Below, one piece after another: positions 23,820-31,770 of a DNA stretch of 64,000 nt (positions are counted from its first letter, which is position 1; every line of letters starts with the position of its first letter). The translations under genes were made by a program, and so were the position numbers. The stretch is from a virus (taxonomy: Duplodnaviria > Heunggongvirae > Uroviricota > Caudoviricetes), in IMG/VR virus record IMGVR_UViG_3300010367_000170. One strand, written 5' to 3'. Below the pieces are notes generated by a model. That model worked only from the letters and a program-made list of their open reading frames with translations, had not been told where the DNA came from and ran no database searches.

Positions 23820-24548
23820 GTGTCGTACGACAGCTCCTTCGGCGGAGTGTTCGAAGAGTTCGTGGAAGAGACCTGGAAGTTCCAGTACAAGGCGGTGCTC
23901 CAGTTCGTGGACATCGCCGGTGGCGTTCCCTCCGACCCCAAGGTGGCTGAGGGCTGGATCAAGTCCAAGGCCAAGGACCCCAACAAGGAAGACCGCATCC
24001 GCGCCGAAGTGGCGAAGCTCATGGAGGAGCGGAAGCTGTCGGAGGACGAAGCCGCCGCTGAGCTGAACGCGCTGCGGAACTGCAACGGCTTCCGGCGCGA
24101 CAAGGTCACCGGTCAGCTGTACTTCGAGGGACGTCAGGCGAAGGCCGCGCTGAAGGAGGCGGTGTCGGTGGCGGTGGCTGCCGGGAACCTGGAGGCCCGC
24201 AAGTGGGGCAACACCAACAAGGGTGCGATCTCCTTCGCCGCCGAGCACATCCAGGTGCTGACGGAGCAGGTGTTCCTGACGCACCTGGACGGCTCCGCTG
24301 TGAAGTCGCCCACGAAGGTGTTGCAGACGTTCCCGGTGAACCCGATCACGAAGCAGACCGGCATCCAGTACACGGAGATCTGCGAGGACGTGCTGGCGGA
24401 GATCGTCGTCACCACGGACTCCGAGTACAGCCGGGAGAAGTGGGCGAAGATCTGGCTGACCGGAGGCTTGCAGGGCATGGGTGCGTCGCGGTCGCAGGAC
24501 CACGGCCGCTACAAGGTGATCTCGTGGAAGCAGCTGGGCACCAAGTAG
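23820..24548 (+). CDS. Hypothetical protein (242 aa)
   Basis: AAGAAAGG 7 nt before GTG 23820. The N-terminal 40 aa of the listed ORF lie in the C-rich region and look non-coding. Confidence 0.55.
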   Translation: MSYDSSFGGVFEEFVEETWKFQYKAVLQFVDIAGGVPSDPKVAEGWIKSKAKDPNKEDRIRAEVAKLMEERKLSEDEAAAELNALRNCNGFRRDKVTGQLYFEGRQAKAALKEAVSVAVAAGNLEARKWGNTNKGAISFAAEHIQVLTEQVFLTHLDGSAVKSPTKVLQTFPVNPITKQTGIQYTEICEDVLAEIVVTTDSEYSREKWAKIWLTGGLQGMGASRSQDHGRYKVISWKQLGTK

Positions 24549-24574
24549 CCGGTAAGGTAAAGGAGACGATCTCA

Positions 24575-24733
24575 GTGCAAGGGGAAGCCGTGAACATCTG
24601 GCAGGTGCAGGTATGGAGCATCGAACGCCAGCGCTGGGAGACTTGTCTCACCACCGGCGACAAGGAGAGGGCTCGCGAGACATGGAACCGTCTGAGCAAC
24701 GACGGGCTGTCCCCGCGCCTGGTCCGCCTCTAG
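24575..24733 (+). CDS. Small protein (52 aa)
   Basis: AAAGGAG 8 nt before GTG 24575. Confidence 0.4.
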   Translation: MQGEAVNIWQVQVWSIERQRWETCLTTGDKERARETWNRLSNDGLSPRLVRL

Positions 24734-24782
24734 AGACACGGCCTGCCCCCCGAAGCCCTCTCCGTTGCTCTTAGCCCATCTA

Positions 24783-24810
24783 GCGGGCGCATCTAACCGG
24801 ATGCGCCCGC
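24783..24810. terminator. Hairpin GCGGGCGCATC-taaccg-GATGCGCCCGC
   Basis: 11-bp perfect stem after the stop at 24733. Confidence 0.5.
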
Positions 24811-24832
24811 CCGCGTTGAAGGAACCATTTCC

Positions 24833-25030
24833 GTGAACATCGGTCCGACCGGCAGGCGGATCTTCATCGTCCTCTTCTCGTCCCTGGCGCTGTTCAACAT
24901 CATCATGGCGCTGGCCCTCATGACCAACAGCCGGATCCAGCTGGGTCTGGCTTGCGTATTCGTATCCCTGATGGAATCTGCAACCGCCTCTCTCCTCTGG
25001 ACAGCTGCGCCTGTCGCCCGTCGCTGGTAA
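24833..25030 (+). CDS. Small two-TM membrane protein (65 aa)
   Basis: GTG start. Two hydrophobic helices. Weak RBS (AAGGAACC). Confidence 0.4.
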   Translation: MNIGPTGRRIFIVLFSSLALFNIIMALALMTNSRIQLGLACVFVSLMESATASLLWTAAPVARRW

Positions 25031-25076
25031 TGTAACCGGCAACGAACGGCACTCCCAGCCTCAGAGGAACCCCCAA

Positions 25077-26078
25077 TTGAATGAGATCGTCCAACAGCGC
25101 ACTGCTGCCCCCGCAGTCCCAGGCAGCTTCAACAACCCCGTCCCGAACACCCTCGCCGAACTGGCTAAGGTCCCCATCGGGACACCACTGCGGTCGCTGG
25201 AAGAGGTTGTCCTCTTCGGACGCGCTCTTGCCTTTGCGGGTCTCCTCCCCGACTCCCTGACAGACCGCCGCACCGGCACCGTCAAAGTCGCAGACGTGGT
25301 ACTGCTGCTCTGCATGGGGACAGAGCTTGACCTCTCCCCCATGCAGGCCATCAGCGGTATCTACGTCGTCAAGGGCCGCCCGATGCTGTCGGCCCAGCTG
25401 TGGGGCACCCGGGTCCGCAAGTTCGGGCACTCCCTTGAGGTGCGTCTGGAGAAGAACAAGCACGGCCGCCCCATCTCCTCCACCTGCACCATCACCCGTG
25501 GCGACGACGGCACCGTCCACGAGGAGGAGTTCACCGTCTGGGATGCCCTCGGAGCCGGGCTGATCCAGAAAGTGGACGATGAGGGCAAGGTGATTGCCCG
25601 CATCAACGGCAACCCCACCCCGTGGGAGCAGTACACCAAGACGATGCTGCGGAACCGCTCCATCTCCCACTGCGCCCGGTTCGCCTGCCCGGAAGTCATC
25701 TACGGCACCATGGGTATCCAGGGCGAAGAGTATGACGAACTCTCCGATGAGGAAGGTTTCGGCACCGACAAGTTCGTGGCCGGTAAGTCCATCGAGGGCA
25801 CGCCGACGCAGCAGGATAACCTGGCCGGAGAGCTGACCGCTTTGGCGGAACGGATGGCCGGGCAGGGCGGACCCAAGACCATCGCCGAAGCCTTGGAGCC
25901 TTTGACCGGCGATGACGAGACCAAAGCCAAGCTGTTCCTGGAACAGCTGAACGAACCGGGCCACGCCGTCCGGGAACACCCGGGCTTGCGGACCTGCGAG
26001 ATCTGCGGTACCCGGATGCTGCCGCAGGACCACGTCGGTGAAGACCACGACCCGGTGTGGGTTGTGGAGCCGGAGTGA
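25077..26078 (+). CDS. recT: RecT-family single-strand annealing protein
   Basis: AGAGGAA then TTG 25077. LDLSPMQAISGIYVVKGRPMLSAQLW is a typical RecT core. Confidence 0.75.
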   Translation: MNEIVQQRTAAPAVPGSFNNPVPNTLAELAKVPIGTPLRSLEEVVLFGRALAFAGLLPDSLTDRRTGTVKVADVVLLLCMGTELDLSPMQAISGIYVVKGRPMLSAQLWGTRVRKFGHSLEVRLEKNKHGRPISSTCTITRGDDGTVHEEEFTVWDALGAGLIQKVDDEGKVIARINGNPTPWEQYTKTMLRNRSISHCARFACPEVIYGTMGIQGEEYDELSDEEGFGTDKFVAGKSIEGTPTQQDNLAGELTALAERMAGQGGPKTIAEALEPLTGDDETKAKLFLEQLNEPGHAVREHPGLRTCEICGTRMLPQDHVGEDHDPVWVVEPE

Positions 26079-26407
26079 GCGCCGACATCTGGGACCACGT
26101 CCGCGACGTCACCGAATGGCTGGATAAGCACAGCAATTACGACGACGACTCCAGCCTGCTGCGGATCATGAAGGTCTCCGAGGAGGTAGGCGAGGTCACC
26201 GCCGCTGTGATCGGCGCCACTGGCCAGAACCCCCGCAAGGGACGCACCCACACCTGGTCCGACGTCGAGACAGAGCTGTATGACGTGATCCTGGCTGCCA
26301 TGGTGGCGGCTCAGAGCCTCGCAGGCGACTCCGCTGCCCGGTCTTTCGCCGAACACGTTGAAGCCCGTCACAAGCGCCTCACGGACCTGTTGGAGACTCC
26401 CGAGTGA
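26075..26407 (+). CDS. MazG-like nucleoside triphosphate pyrophosphohydrolase
   Basis: GTG 26075 in GTGA overlap. EEVGEV..A...RK....W..V.TELYDVIL EExxE motifs. Confidence 0.65.
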   Translation: MSADIWDHVRDVTEWLDKHSNYDDDSSLLRIMKVSEEVGEVTAAVIGATGQNPRKGRTHTWSDVETELYDVILAAMVAAQSLAGDSAARSFAEHVEARHKRLTDLLETPE

Positions 26408-26661
26408 TCCTGCTCCGCGATCACTTCGCGGCGCCCCCGGACTTGGACATCCGTCTCGTCCAGTACAAGGTCTGGGCTGTCGGGTCAGAGGGTGTGTACC
26501 TGCACACCCTCTGGTCCGCCGGTGGCCGCTTCTACATGTGCGATCACGTCGTCCACCAGGACAACCCGCCGTTCTGGGATGACACCCGGATGAGCGACCT
26601 CATCGAATGCTCCTATGTGGAGTTCCTACGCCACGCCGAACAGATGGAGGGAAAGCCGTGA
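26404..26661 (+). CDS. Hypothetical protein (85 aa), GTGA-coupled
   Basis: GTG overlaps the upstream stop. Confidence 0.5.
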   Translation: MILLRDHFAAPPDLDIRLVQYKVWAVGSEGVYLHTLWSAGGRFYMCDHVVHQDNPPFWDDTRMSDLIECSYVEFLRHAEQMEGKP

Positions 26662-27557
26662 CCTCCACATCCGCTCTGCTGCTTCTCTACAACCAGATCC
26701 ATGTCCGTTCCCAGCAGCGGGAGTTGGGCTGGTCCGATATGGGGGGCTGCCGCCGACGCGCCCGGTACATCCTGGACGGCTACGAGCCGGTGAACCAGGT
26801 GTCGTCGGTGGTGGCGATGATCGGTACCGCCATCCACAAGCAGGTGCAGACGACGCTTGAGGCTTTGGGGATGCCTGCGGAGTGGGAGGTGGAGTACGCA
26901 GGCATCCGGGGCCACTTCGACAGGTACGAGGAGGAGTTCCACCGCCTCGTAGATACCAAGACCGTATCGAGTCGTTATCTTGAATCGCTCAAGCTTCACG
27001 GCCCTCCCGTGGCTCACCGTTGGCAGGTGTCGGGGTACGCAGCCGGGATGATCATCGAAGGCTACAAGGTGAAGACGTGCCGCCTGGACTACCTGACCCG
27101 GGACACCGGCGAGGAGTGGCAGTACGAGTGGCATTTCGACCCCAAGGATGTGCAGGACGCCTTGGAGTGGCTGAAGGACGTTCGGGACGTCCCGTTTGAT
27201 CTTGTCCCCCGGGATTACGAACCGGATTCGGCGTGGTGTACCGGCTGCCCGTTCGGCGGTAAGGATGGCGGTATCTGCTGGTCCGGCGGCGTTCCGGACA
27301 GGGATCAGAGGTCTGTGCTGTTGGCGGAGGGAGCCAACGCCGCCGACCTTGCCCAGGAGCTTTTCCTGCTGCGGAAGCAGGTGAAGTCGATGGAGGCGCG
27401 AGGCAAAGAGCTGAAGGGGATTCTGGATGGGTTGAGACCGGATGAGCCCGGGGTTGTCGTCAAGGCTGGCGACTACTATTTGACCTGGTCTCCGACGGCG
27501 CGGGGGGATTCTTTCCAGCTTCGTTTCACGTCGCCTCCGCAGCCTAAGGTCGTTTAG
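26658..27557 (+). CDS. PD-(D/E)xK exonuclease with Cas4/RecB-like Cys cluster (RecE-equivalent partner of RecT)
   Basis: GTG 26658 in GTGA overlap. Motifs GHFDRY, VDTK, SRYL. C-terminal CTGCPFGGKDGGIC plus an N-terminal Cys suggest an Fe-S cluster. Confidence 0.65.
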   Translation: MTSTSALLLLYNQIHVRSQQRELGWSDMGGCRRRARYILDGYEPVNQVSSVVAMIGTAIHKQVQTTLEALGMPAEWEVEYAGIRGHFDRYEEEFHRLVDTKTVSSRYLESLKLHGPPVAHRWQVSGYAAGMIIEGYKVKTCRLDYLTRDTGEEWQYEWHFDPKDVQDALEWLKDVRDVPFDLVPRDYEPDSAWCTGCPFGGKDGGICWSGGVPDRDQRSVLLAEGANAADLAQELFLLRKQVKSMEARGKELKGILDGLRPDEPGVVVKAGDYYLTWSPTARGDSFQLRFTSPPQPKVV

Positions 27558-27573
27558 ACCCTCCAGGAGTAAC

Positions 27574-27600
27574 GCGGTATCGTAAGAAACGCGATACCGC
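27574..27600. promoter_or_regulatory. Inverted repeat GCGGTATCG-n9-CGATACCGC (copy 1 of a shared operator-like hairpin)
   Basis: Same CGGTATCG/CGATACCG arms recur at 31292-31318. Both lie directly upstream of plus-strand gene starts. Confidence 0.5.
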
Positions 27601-27630
27601 AACTACCTGTACCTGAACTGGGGAGAAACC

Positions 27631-27726
27631 GTGAAATACACGCCCGGAACGATCTTCGCCGCAGCGGTGGCGCTCATCATCGGCGCCGTCATCGGCTCCC
27701 TCATCGTCAACCTCTTCCTCCGCTAG
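27631..27726 (+). CDS. Tiny membrane peptide (31 aa)
   Basis: GGGGAGAAACC then GTG. IFAAAVALIIGAVIGSLIVNLFL. Confidence 0.35.
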   Translation: MKYTPGTIFAAAVALIIGAVIGSLIVNLFLR

Positions 27727-27728
27727 AC

Positions 27729-27938
27729 ATGGCCACCTACAAGGTCCTGGCAAAACCTTGGGAACACGGCTTCGAACTCCACATCACCGGCCCCGACAAC
27801 TTCACCGGCTGCACCCAATCCCTCAGCAGCGGCGACATCCTCCCAATGGCCCGGGACTACGTCAGCATCAACACCGGCGAACCCCCCGACAAGATCGGGA
27901 TCATGCTCAAGTACGAACTCGCCGACCCGGACAACTGA
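27729..27938 (+). CDS. HicB-like antitoxin-fold protein (69 aa)
   Basis: YKVLAKPWEHGFELHITGPDNFTGCTQSLSSGDILPMARDYVSI matches the HicB N-domain pattern (Y.v......g.y.a..P.lpGC.tqG.t.eEA...a.e.i). Confidence 0.55.
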   Translation: MATYKVLAKPWEHGFELHITGPDNFTGCTQSLSSGDILPMARDYVSINTGEPPDKIGIMLKYELADPDN

Positions 27939-28129
27939 TGACCGGCGAACGCCCAACAGACCGCCGCCGGACCCAACAGAAAACCCAACAGACCCCAGAG
28001 CCGGAACGCAAAGACTTCCCCGGTCTGGAAAACGACCCGGACTGCCTCAGACCGGTCTACGAATCATGGGAGCGGTGGCTGAAAGCCAAGCAGAACCCTC
28101 CGGAACCCAACCAGGAGAACAACAAGTGA
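27938..28129 (+). CDS. Small hydrophilic protein (63 aa), coupled at both ends (TGATG / GTGA)
   Basis: ATG overlaps upstream TGA. Its stop overlaps the GTG of the vWA gene. Moderate GC3. Confidence 0.3.
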   Translation: MTGERPTDRRRTQQKTQQTPEPERKDFPGLENDPDCLRPVYESWERWLKAKQNPPEPNQENNK

Positions 28130-29226
28130 CCCAGCTCAAGCAGAACCGCATCAACCACGTCGTACTGGTCCTGGACGCCTCTTCGTCCATGTCCGACGCC
28201 GGACTCACCTCCACCGTCATCAAGGTCTCCGACAACATCATCAAGTTCCTGGCGAAGCTCTCCAAAGAGCAGGACCAGGAGACCCGGATCACCGTCTACG
28301 TGTTCGCCGACAACGCCCAGTGCGTCATCTACGACATGGACGTGCTGCGGCTCCCGTCCCTCGCCGCGTACTACAAGCCGTACGGCTGGACAGCCCTCAT
28401 CGACGCCGCCGCCCTGGGCATCGACGACCTGCTGATGACGCCGCAGAAGTACGGCGATCACGCGTTCATCATGTACGTCGTCAGTGACGGCTTGGAGAAC
28501 CGCTCCCGCCACCACTCCTCCAACAGCCTCCGCACCAAGATCGCCAGTCTTCCCAACAACTGGACCCTCGCCGCCCTGGTCCCCAACACCCAGGGCAAAC
28601 TCGCCGCCGAATCCTACGGATTCCCGCGCGGCAACATCGAGATCTGGGATGCCACCAGCCGCGAAGGCGTCGAAGAGTCCGGCCGCCGCATCGAAGCCGC
28701 CACCAGCAACTTCATGACCGCTCGCGCCACCGGCACCCGTTCCACCACCAACCTGTTCGACATCGGCGCCAACGTCGTCAACGCCGAAGCCATCCGCAAC
28801 GCCGGTCTGAAGCCGTTGGACTACGACGAATACGACCTGGTGCCGGTCGGCGTGTGGCCGGGCCAGGTCAAGCCCGCCGACTACGACGAGAAGAAGCGCC
28901 GCAAGCCGTGGAAGGCCCACGGCGGACGTATCGACAAGTTCGTGCAGAACGTGCGTGGCGGGCAGTACATCATCGGACAGGCGTACTACCAGCTGATGGA
29001 AGGCACCACGGTCCGGGTCCAGGCCAGCAAGAAGATCGCCATCGTGGACAAGAAGACAGACCGCGTGTACGTCGGTGACGGGGCGCGGCAGCTCCTGGGC
29101 CTCGACAGCGGCAGGGAGGAGCGGATCAAGCCGACCGCGTCCCACGACTACCTGGTGTTCGTCCAGTCCAAGGCCGCGAACCGGCTGCTGATCCCCGGCA
29201 GCAAGCTGCTCATCTTCAAGAAGTAA
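28126..29226 (+). CDS. von Willebrand factor type A (vWA) domain protein
   Basis: AGGAGAACAACAA then GTG 28126. MIDAS motif VLVLDASSSMS ... SDGLEN. The N-terminal 20 aa of the listed ORF are non-coding. Confidence 0.75.
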   Translation: MTQLKQNRINHVVLVLDASSSMSDAGLTSTVIKVSDNIIKFLAKLSKEQDQETRITVYVFADNAQCVIYDMDVLRLPSLAAYYKPYGWTALIDAAALGIDDLLMTPQKYGDHAFIMYVVSDGLENRSRHHSSNSLRTKIASLPNNWTLAALVPNTQGKLAAESYGFPRGNIEIWDATSREGVEESGRRIEAATSNFMTARATGTRSTTNLFDIGANVVNAEAIRNAGLKPLDYDEYDLVPVGVWPGQVKPADYDEKKRRKPWKAHGGRIDKFVQNVRGGQYIIGQAYYQLMEGTTVRVQASKKIAIVDKKTDRVYVGDGARQLLGLDSGREERIKPTASHDYLVFVQSKAANRLLIPGSKLLIFKK

Positions 29227-29236
29227 GGAGTCCCCC

Positions 29237-29473
29237 TTGAAGTCCGATGCCGAGTCCCTGGTGAAGTTCATCACCGAGGTACGCGAAGGCGCCCAAAAGG
29301 TGTTCAAGGTCGCGCACGACGCCAACAACGAGGTCAAGCAGACGTCGGAAGCGTATCGGGAGCTGGTGTCCCGGGCGTCTGCCGCGTTCTACTACATGGA
29401 CAAGGCGTTGGACGCCGCGCTCCAGGCTCTGAAGGAGGAAGCCGCGAAGGAAGAGGCCGGTGCGGATTCGTAG
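29237..29473 (+). CDS. Coiled-coil small protein (78 aa), TTG start
   Basis: TAAGGAG 6 nt before TTG. Confidence 0.55.
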   Translation: MKSDAESLVKFITEVREGAQKVFKVAHDANNEVKQTSEAYRELVSRASAAFYYMDKALDAALQALKEEAAKEEAGADS

Positions 29474-29750
29474 CGCACCGGTCCAGGAGGCTCCGGTACC
29501 AGCCGCACCGAAACTGCGGCTGGTACCGCCCCTGGAGGGGATCAGGCTGCCGTCGTTCACCGACAACGGCGGCAGCTGCCCTAAGTGTGGTCAGCGGGCC
29601 GCGAAGACCTTGTACTTCAGCGCGCAGCAGACCTGTATCCACGAGGACCAAGACGGCCCCCGGCTGCGTTGGGGGCAGGAACGTCTCCACCGTACCTGCA
29701 AGGAATGCGGATACGCGAGGGATGAGGAGGTGAAACAGGGAGATGGCTAA
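29460..29750 (+). CDS. Zinc-ribbon protein (96 aa)
   Basis: CPKCG...CKECG. GTG start with AAGGAAGAGG upstream. Confidence 0.5.
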   Translation: MRIRSAPVQEAPVPAAPKLRLVPPLEGIRLPSFTDNGGSCPKCGQRAAKTLYFSAQQTCIHEDQDGPRLRWGQERLHRTCKECGYARDEEVKQGDG

Positions 29751-29979
29751 GAAAGAGCAGGAGAGTAGCTTTCCGAAGTCTCCGACGGAGATCGGGCGCC
29801 GCGAGACCTACATGCTGATCAGTCCCCTGCACAAGATCGACAGGGATTGGGCGTACCACAGGCGCGGCAAGCGGGACGTGGAAGACGAGATCAAACTTTG
29901 GGATCTCTTCCATGAGGGCCACAAGCTGAAAGGCACCTGCAAGATCGCCAAGGTGACCATCATCTACGAGGAACTGTGA
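29743..29979 (+). CDS. Hypothetical protein (78 aa)
   Basis: ATG overlapping upstream stop. GGGAG upstream. Confidence 0.5.
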   Translation: MAKKEQESSFPKSPTEIGRRETYMLISPLHKIDRDWAYHRRGKRDVEDEIKLWDLFHEGHKLKGTCKIAKVTIIYEEL

Positions 29980-30323
29980 CGGCCGACGTTGCCGACCGAG
30001 TGTTGGCACTGGTGAACGCCTGGGCCAGCGGAGACCCGAAACGGTTCCACTCGGTGGTCATTCAAACCGCCGCAAAGCTGGCTCGGAGCGGAGACGGCGC
30101 CAAAGCCAGACAGATCCGTGACCTGGCTGACCGGGCTCTGGCGGAACGTCTGTACCTGCCCCCGTACAGCGGGGCGCACGGGTACTGCACCAAGTGTGAG
30201 TTTGGGGCGGTGACACTGAAATACCAGATCGAAGATGGCGTGGACTTCCTGGAGCGGGAATGCGGCCGGTGCCACTACGTCTGGTACGAGAAATGCGCGG
30301 ACGCGGAGAAGAACTATGGCTAA
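29976..30323 (+). CDS. Cys-rich hypothetical protein (115 aa), GTGA-coupled
   Basis: CTKCEF..CGRCHYVWYEKC. Confidence 0.55.
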   Translation: MTADVADRVLALVNAWASGDPKRFHSVVIQTAAKLARSGDGAKARQIRDLADRALAERLYLPPYSGAHGYCTKCEFGAVTLKYQIEDGVDFLERECGRCHYVWYEKCADAEKNYG

Positions 30324-30579
30324 GCCTGTACGGATGTTGAAGCTGGACCCGGAGACGCATCAGCTGATCGAAGAGGTCTCCAAGTGGCTGGGTATGGAAC
30401 CGGCCAAGTTCGTCGCTGAAGCCGTGACACACTACCTCGACACGCAGCGGGAACCTCTGGTGAACCGGGTCCAGGAACGGTTGAACAAGCTGTTCGACAG
30501 CCTTGACGAGGCGCGTACGCCGAAGACCGGCTGGGGTACCCGGTCCGGAGGTTGGGGCAGCGAGGAACCTCCGTTCTGA
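30316..30579 (+). CDS. Ribbon-helix-helix (CopG/Arc-like) DNA-binding protein (87 aa)
   Basis: GGAGAAGAACT then ATG 30316. VRMLKLDPETHQLIEEVSKWLGMEPAKFVAEAVTHYL. Confidence 0.55.
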   Translation: MAKPVRMLKLDPETHQLIEEVSKWLGMEPAKFVAEAVTHYLDTQREPLVNRVQERLNKLFDSLDEARTPKTGWGTRSGGWGSEEPPF

Positions 30580-30785
30580 TGGTTGACGAGTTGTGGCGGT
30601 GGCCGTACACCCCGGAGATCGACAGGCACGGCATCGCCAGAGTGCCCGTGCCCTCGGAGGCCAGATCGTTCCTGGAGATCAACCGCAAGGTCGAGTTGTT
30701 GCTACCGGACGGAGAGGTGCTGTGTGGCGTCGTAAGCGAGTTCAACAAGATCGCGTGGATAGCGCGGGTGAAGGTGCAGCGGTAG
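30579..30785 (+). CDS. Hypothetical protein (68 aa), ATGA-coupled
   Basis: ATG overlaps upstream TGA. Confidence 0.45.
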   Translation: MVDELWRWPYTPEIDRHGIARVPVPSEARSFLEINRKVELLLPDGEVLCGVVSEFNKIAWIARVKVQR

Positions 30786-31087
30786 CGGAGGAACCGCCAA
30801 CGTGCCCTTGGTGTGGAGGAAACGTGTACTGGCGCTACACGTGCCACACGTGGCAGCAGGGGGGAAAGTGGAAGTCTTGCCTCCCTTGTGACTCCGCTGC
30901 GGAATACGCCTGCCGCTCCGAGGACTGCGACTGGATCTACGTCCACGGTTTGAACTCCGGCAACCCGCGTTGGTTTCGGGAGCAGGAGTTCCGGCCGGTG
31001 TGGTTGCCGGAGCAGCTTCCCGTCCGGAAGCCGGAGCCTGGTACGTACGCGTTCACCTGGACTCATCCGGGCGTGGAGTGTGACTGA
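30755..31087 (+). CDS. Cys-rich protein (110 aa)
   Basis: CPWCGG..CHTW..CLPCD..CRSEDC. Start uncertain (GTG 30755, or a later GTG after GGAGGAA). Confidence 0.4.
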   Translation: MDSAGEGAAVAEEPPTCPWCGGNVYWRYTCHTWQQGGKWKSCLPCDSAAEYACRSEDCDWIYVHGLNSGNPRWFREQEFRPVWLPEQLPVRKPEPGTYAFTWTHPGVECD

Positions 31088-31265
31088 GCCGGAGTACAAG
31101 GAGTTCCGGGTTGCGGCGGCAGGGTTCGCCGACAACGGTATCTGGGTGACGGTAGTCCATACGCCTTGCGGTCAGGTGGTGTTTGGCGGCGAGGAGGATG
31201 ACCCGGACGCGACCGACGTCGCTGAGTTGGTGTTTGTTGTTCAGGCGCACCGCTGTACCGACTAG
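31080..31265 (+). CDS. Small acidic protein (61 aa)
   Basis: GTG overlapping the upstream stop region. Confidence 0.45.
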   Translation: MTEPEYKEFRVAAAGFADNGIWVTVVHTPCGQVVFGGEEDDPDATDVAELVFVVQAHRCTD

Positions 31266-31291
31266 GGAGTTAGCTACCCTCCGTCGCGGTA

Positions 31292-31318
31292 CGGTATCGT
31301 AAAGGGAAACCGATACCG
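31292..31318. promoter_or_regulatory. Inverted repeat CGGTATCG-n11-CGATACCG (copy 2), 15 nt upstream of the tandem-LuxR regulator gene
   Basis: Same arms as 27574-27600. Candidate autoregulatory operator. Confidence 0.5.
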
Positions 31319-31332
31319 GAAGGGGGAACGAC

Positions 31333-31770
31333 ATGGAACAACGCGCCGTACTCTCCGTCAGAGAAATGGAACTGTTCATCCTGCTTGGACGCCACGGCGC
31401 CACCAAAAGCCAAGCCGCCCACACCATGACCATCTCCCCCTACACGGTGAAACAACACCTCGCGCGCGTCGCCAAGCGCATCGGCAGCAACGGAACCGCC
31501 AACGCGCTCCACATCCTGATCTGCGAAAAAGTCATTCCTGTCGAACTCGTCTCCGCCCGTCGGCGTCTCCTCCCCATAGAAAGAGTCATCCTCGAAGACG
31601 TCGCCAAAGGCTTCTCCAACTCGGACATAGCCGCCCGCGCAGGAATGACGCTCCCGCAGACGCAATACGCCATAAAAAGACTGTTCAAGACGATGCGCGC
31701 GAACACCCGGATACAACTCGTCTACCGAGGTCACCAAACCGGTCACCTCACAACCAACCGGAGGAACTAA
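31333..31770 (+). CDS. Tandem LuxR/GerE-type HTH transcriptional regulator (two HTH units, 145 aa)
   Basis: GGAAGGGGGAACGAC then ATG. LSVREMELFILLGRHGATKSQAAHTMTISPYTVKQHLARVAKRIG and a second LLPIERVILEDVAKGFSNSDIAARAGMTLPQTQYAIKRLFKTM. Confidence 0.7.
   Translation: MEQRAVLSVREMELFILLGRHGATKSQAAHTMTISPYTVKQHLARVAKRIGSNGTANALHILICEKVIPVELVSARRRLLPIERVILEDVAKGFSNSDIAARAGMTLPQTQYAIKRLFKTMRANTRIQLVYRGHQTGHLTTNRRN

Noticed and set aside
23652-26048. Minus ORFs 23652..24503 and 24918..26048
   Set aside because: Antisense to RBS-supported plus genes, including recognisable RecT.
28057-29337. 426-aa minus ORF antisense to the vWA gene
   Set aside because: Shadow ORF. The vWA sense frame carries the MIDAS motif.
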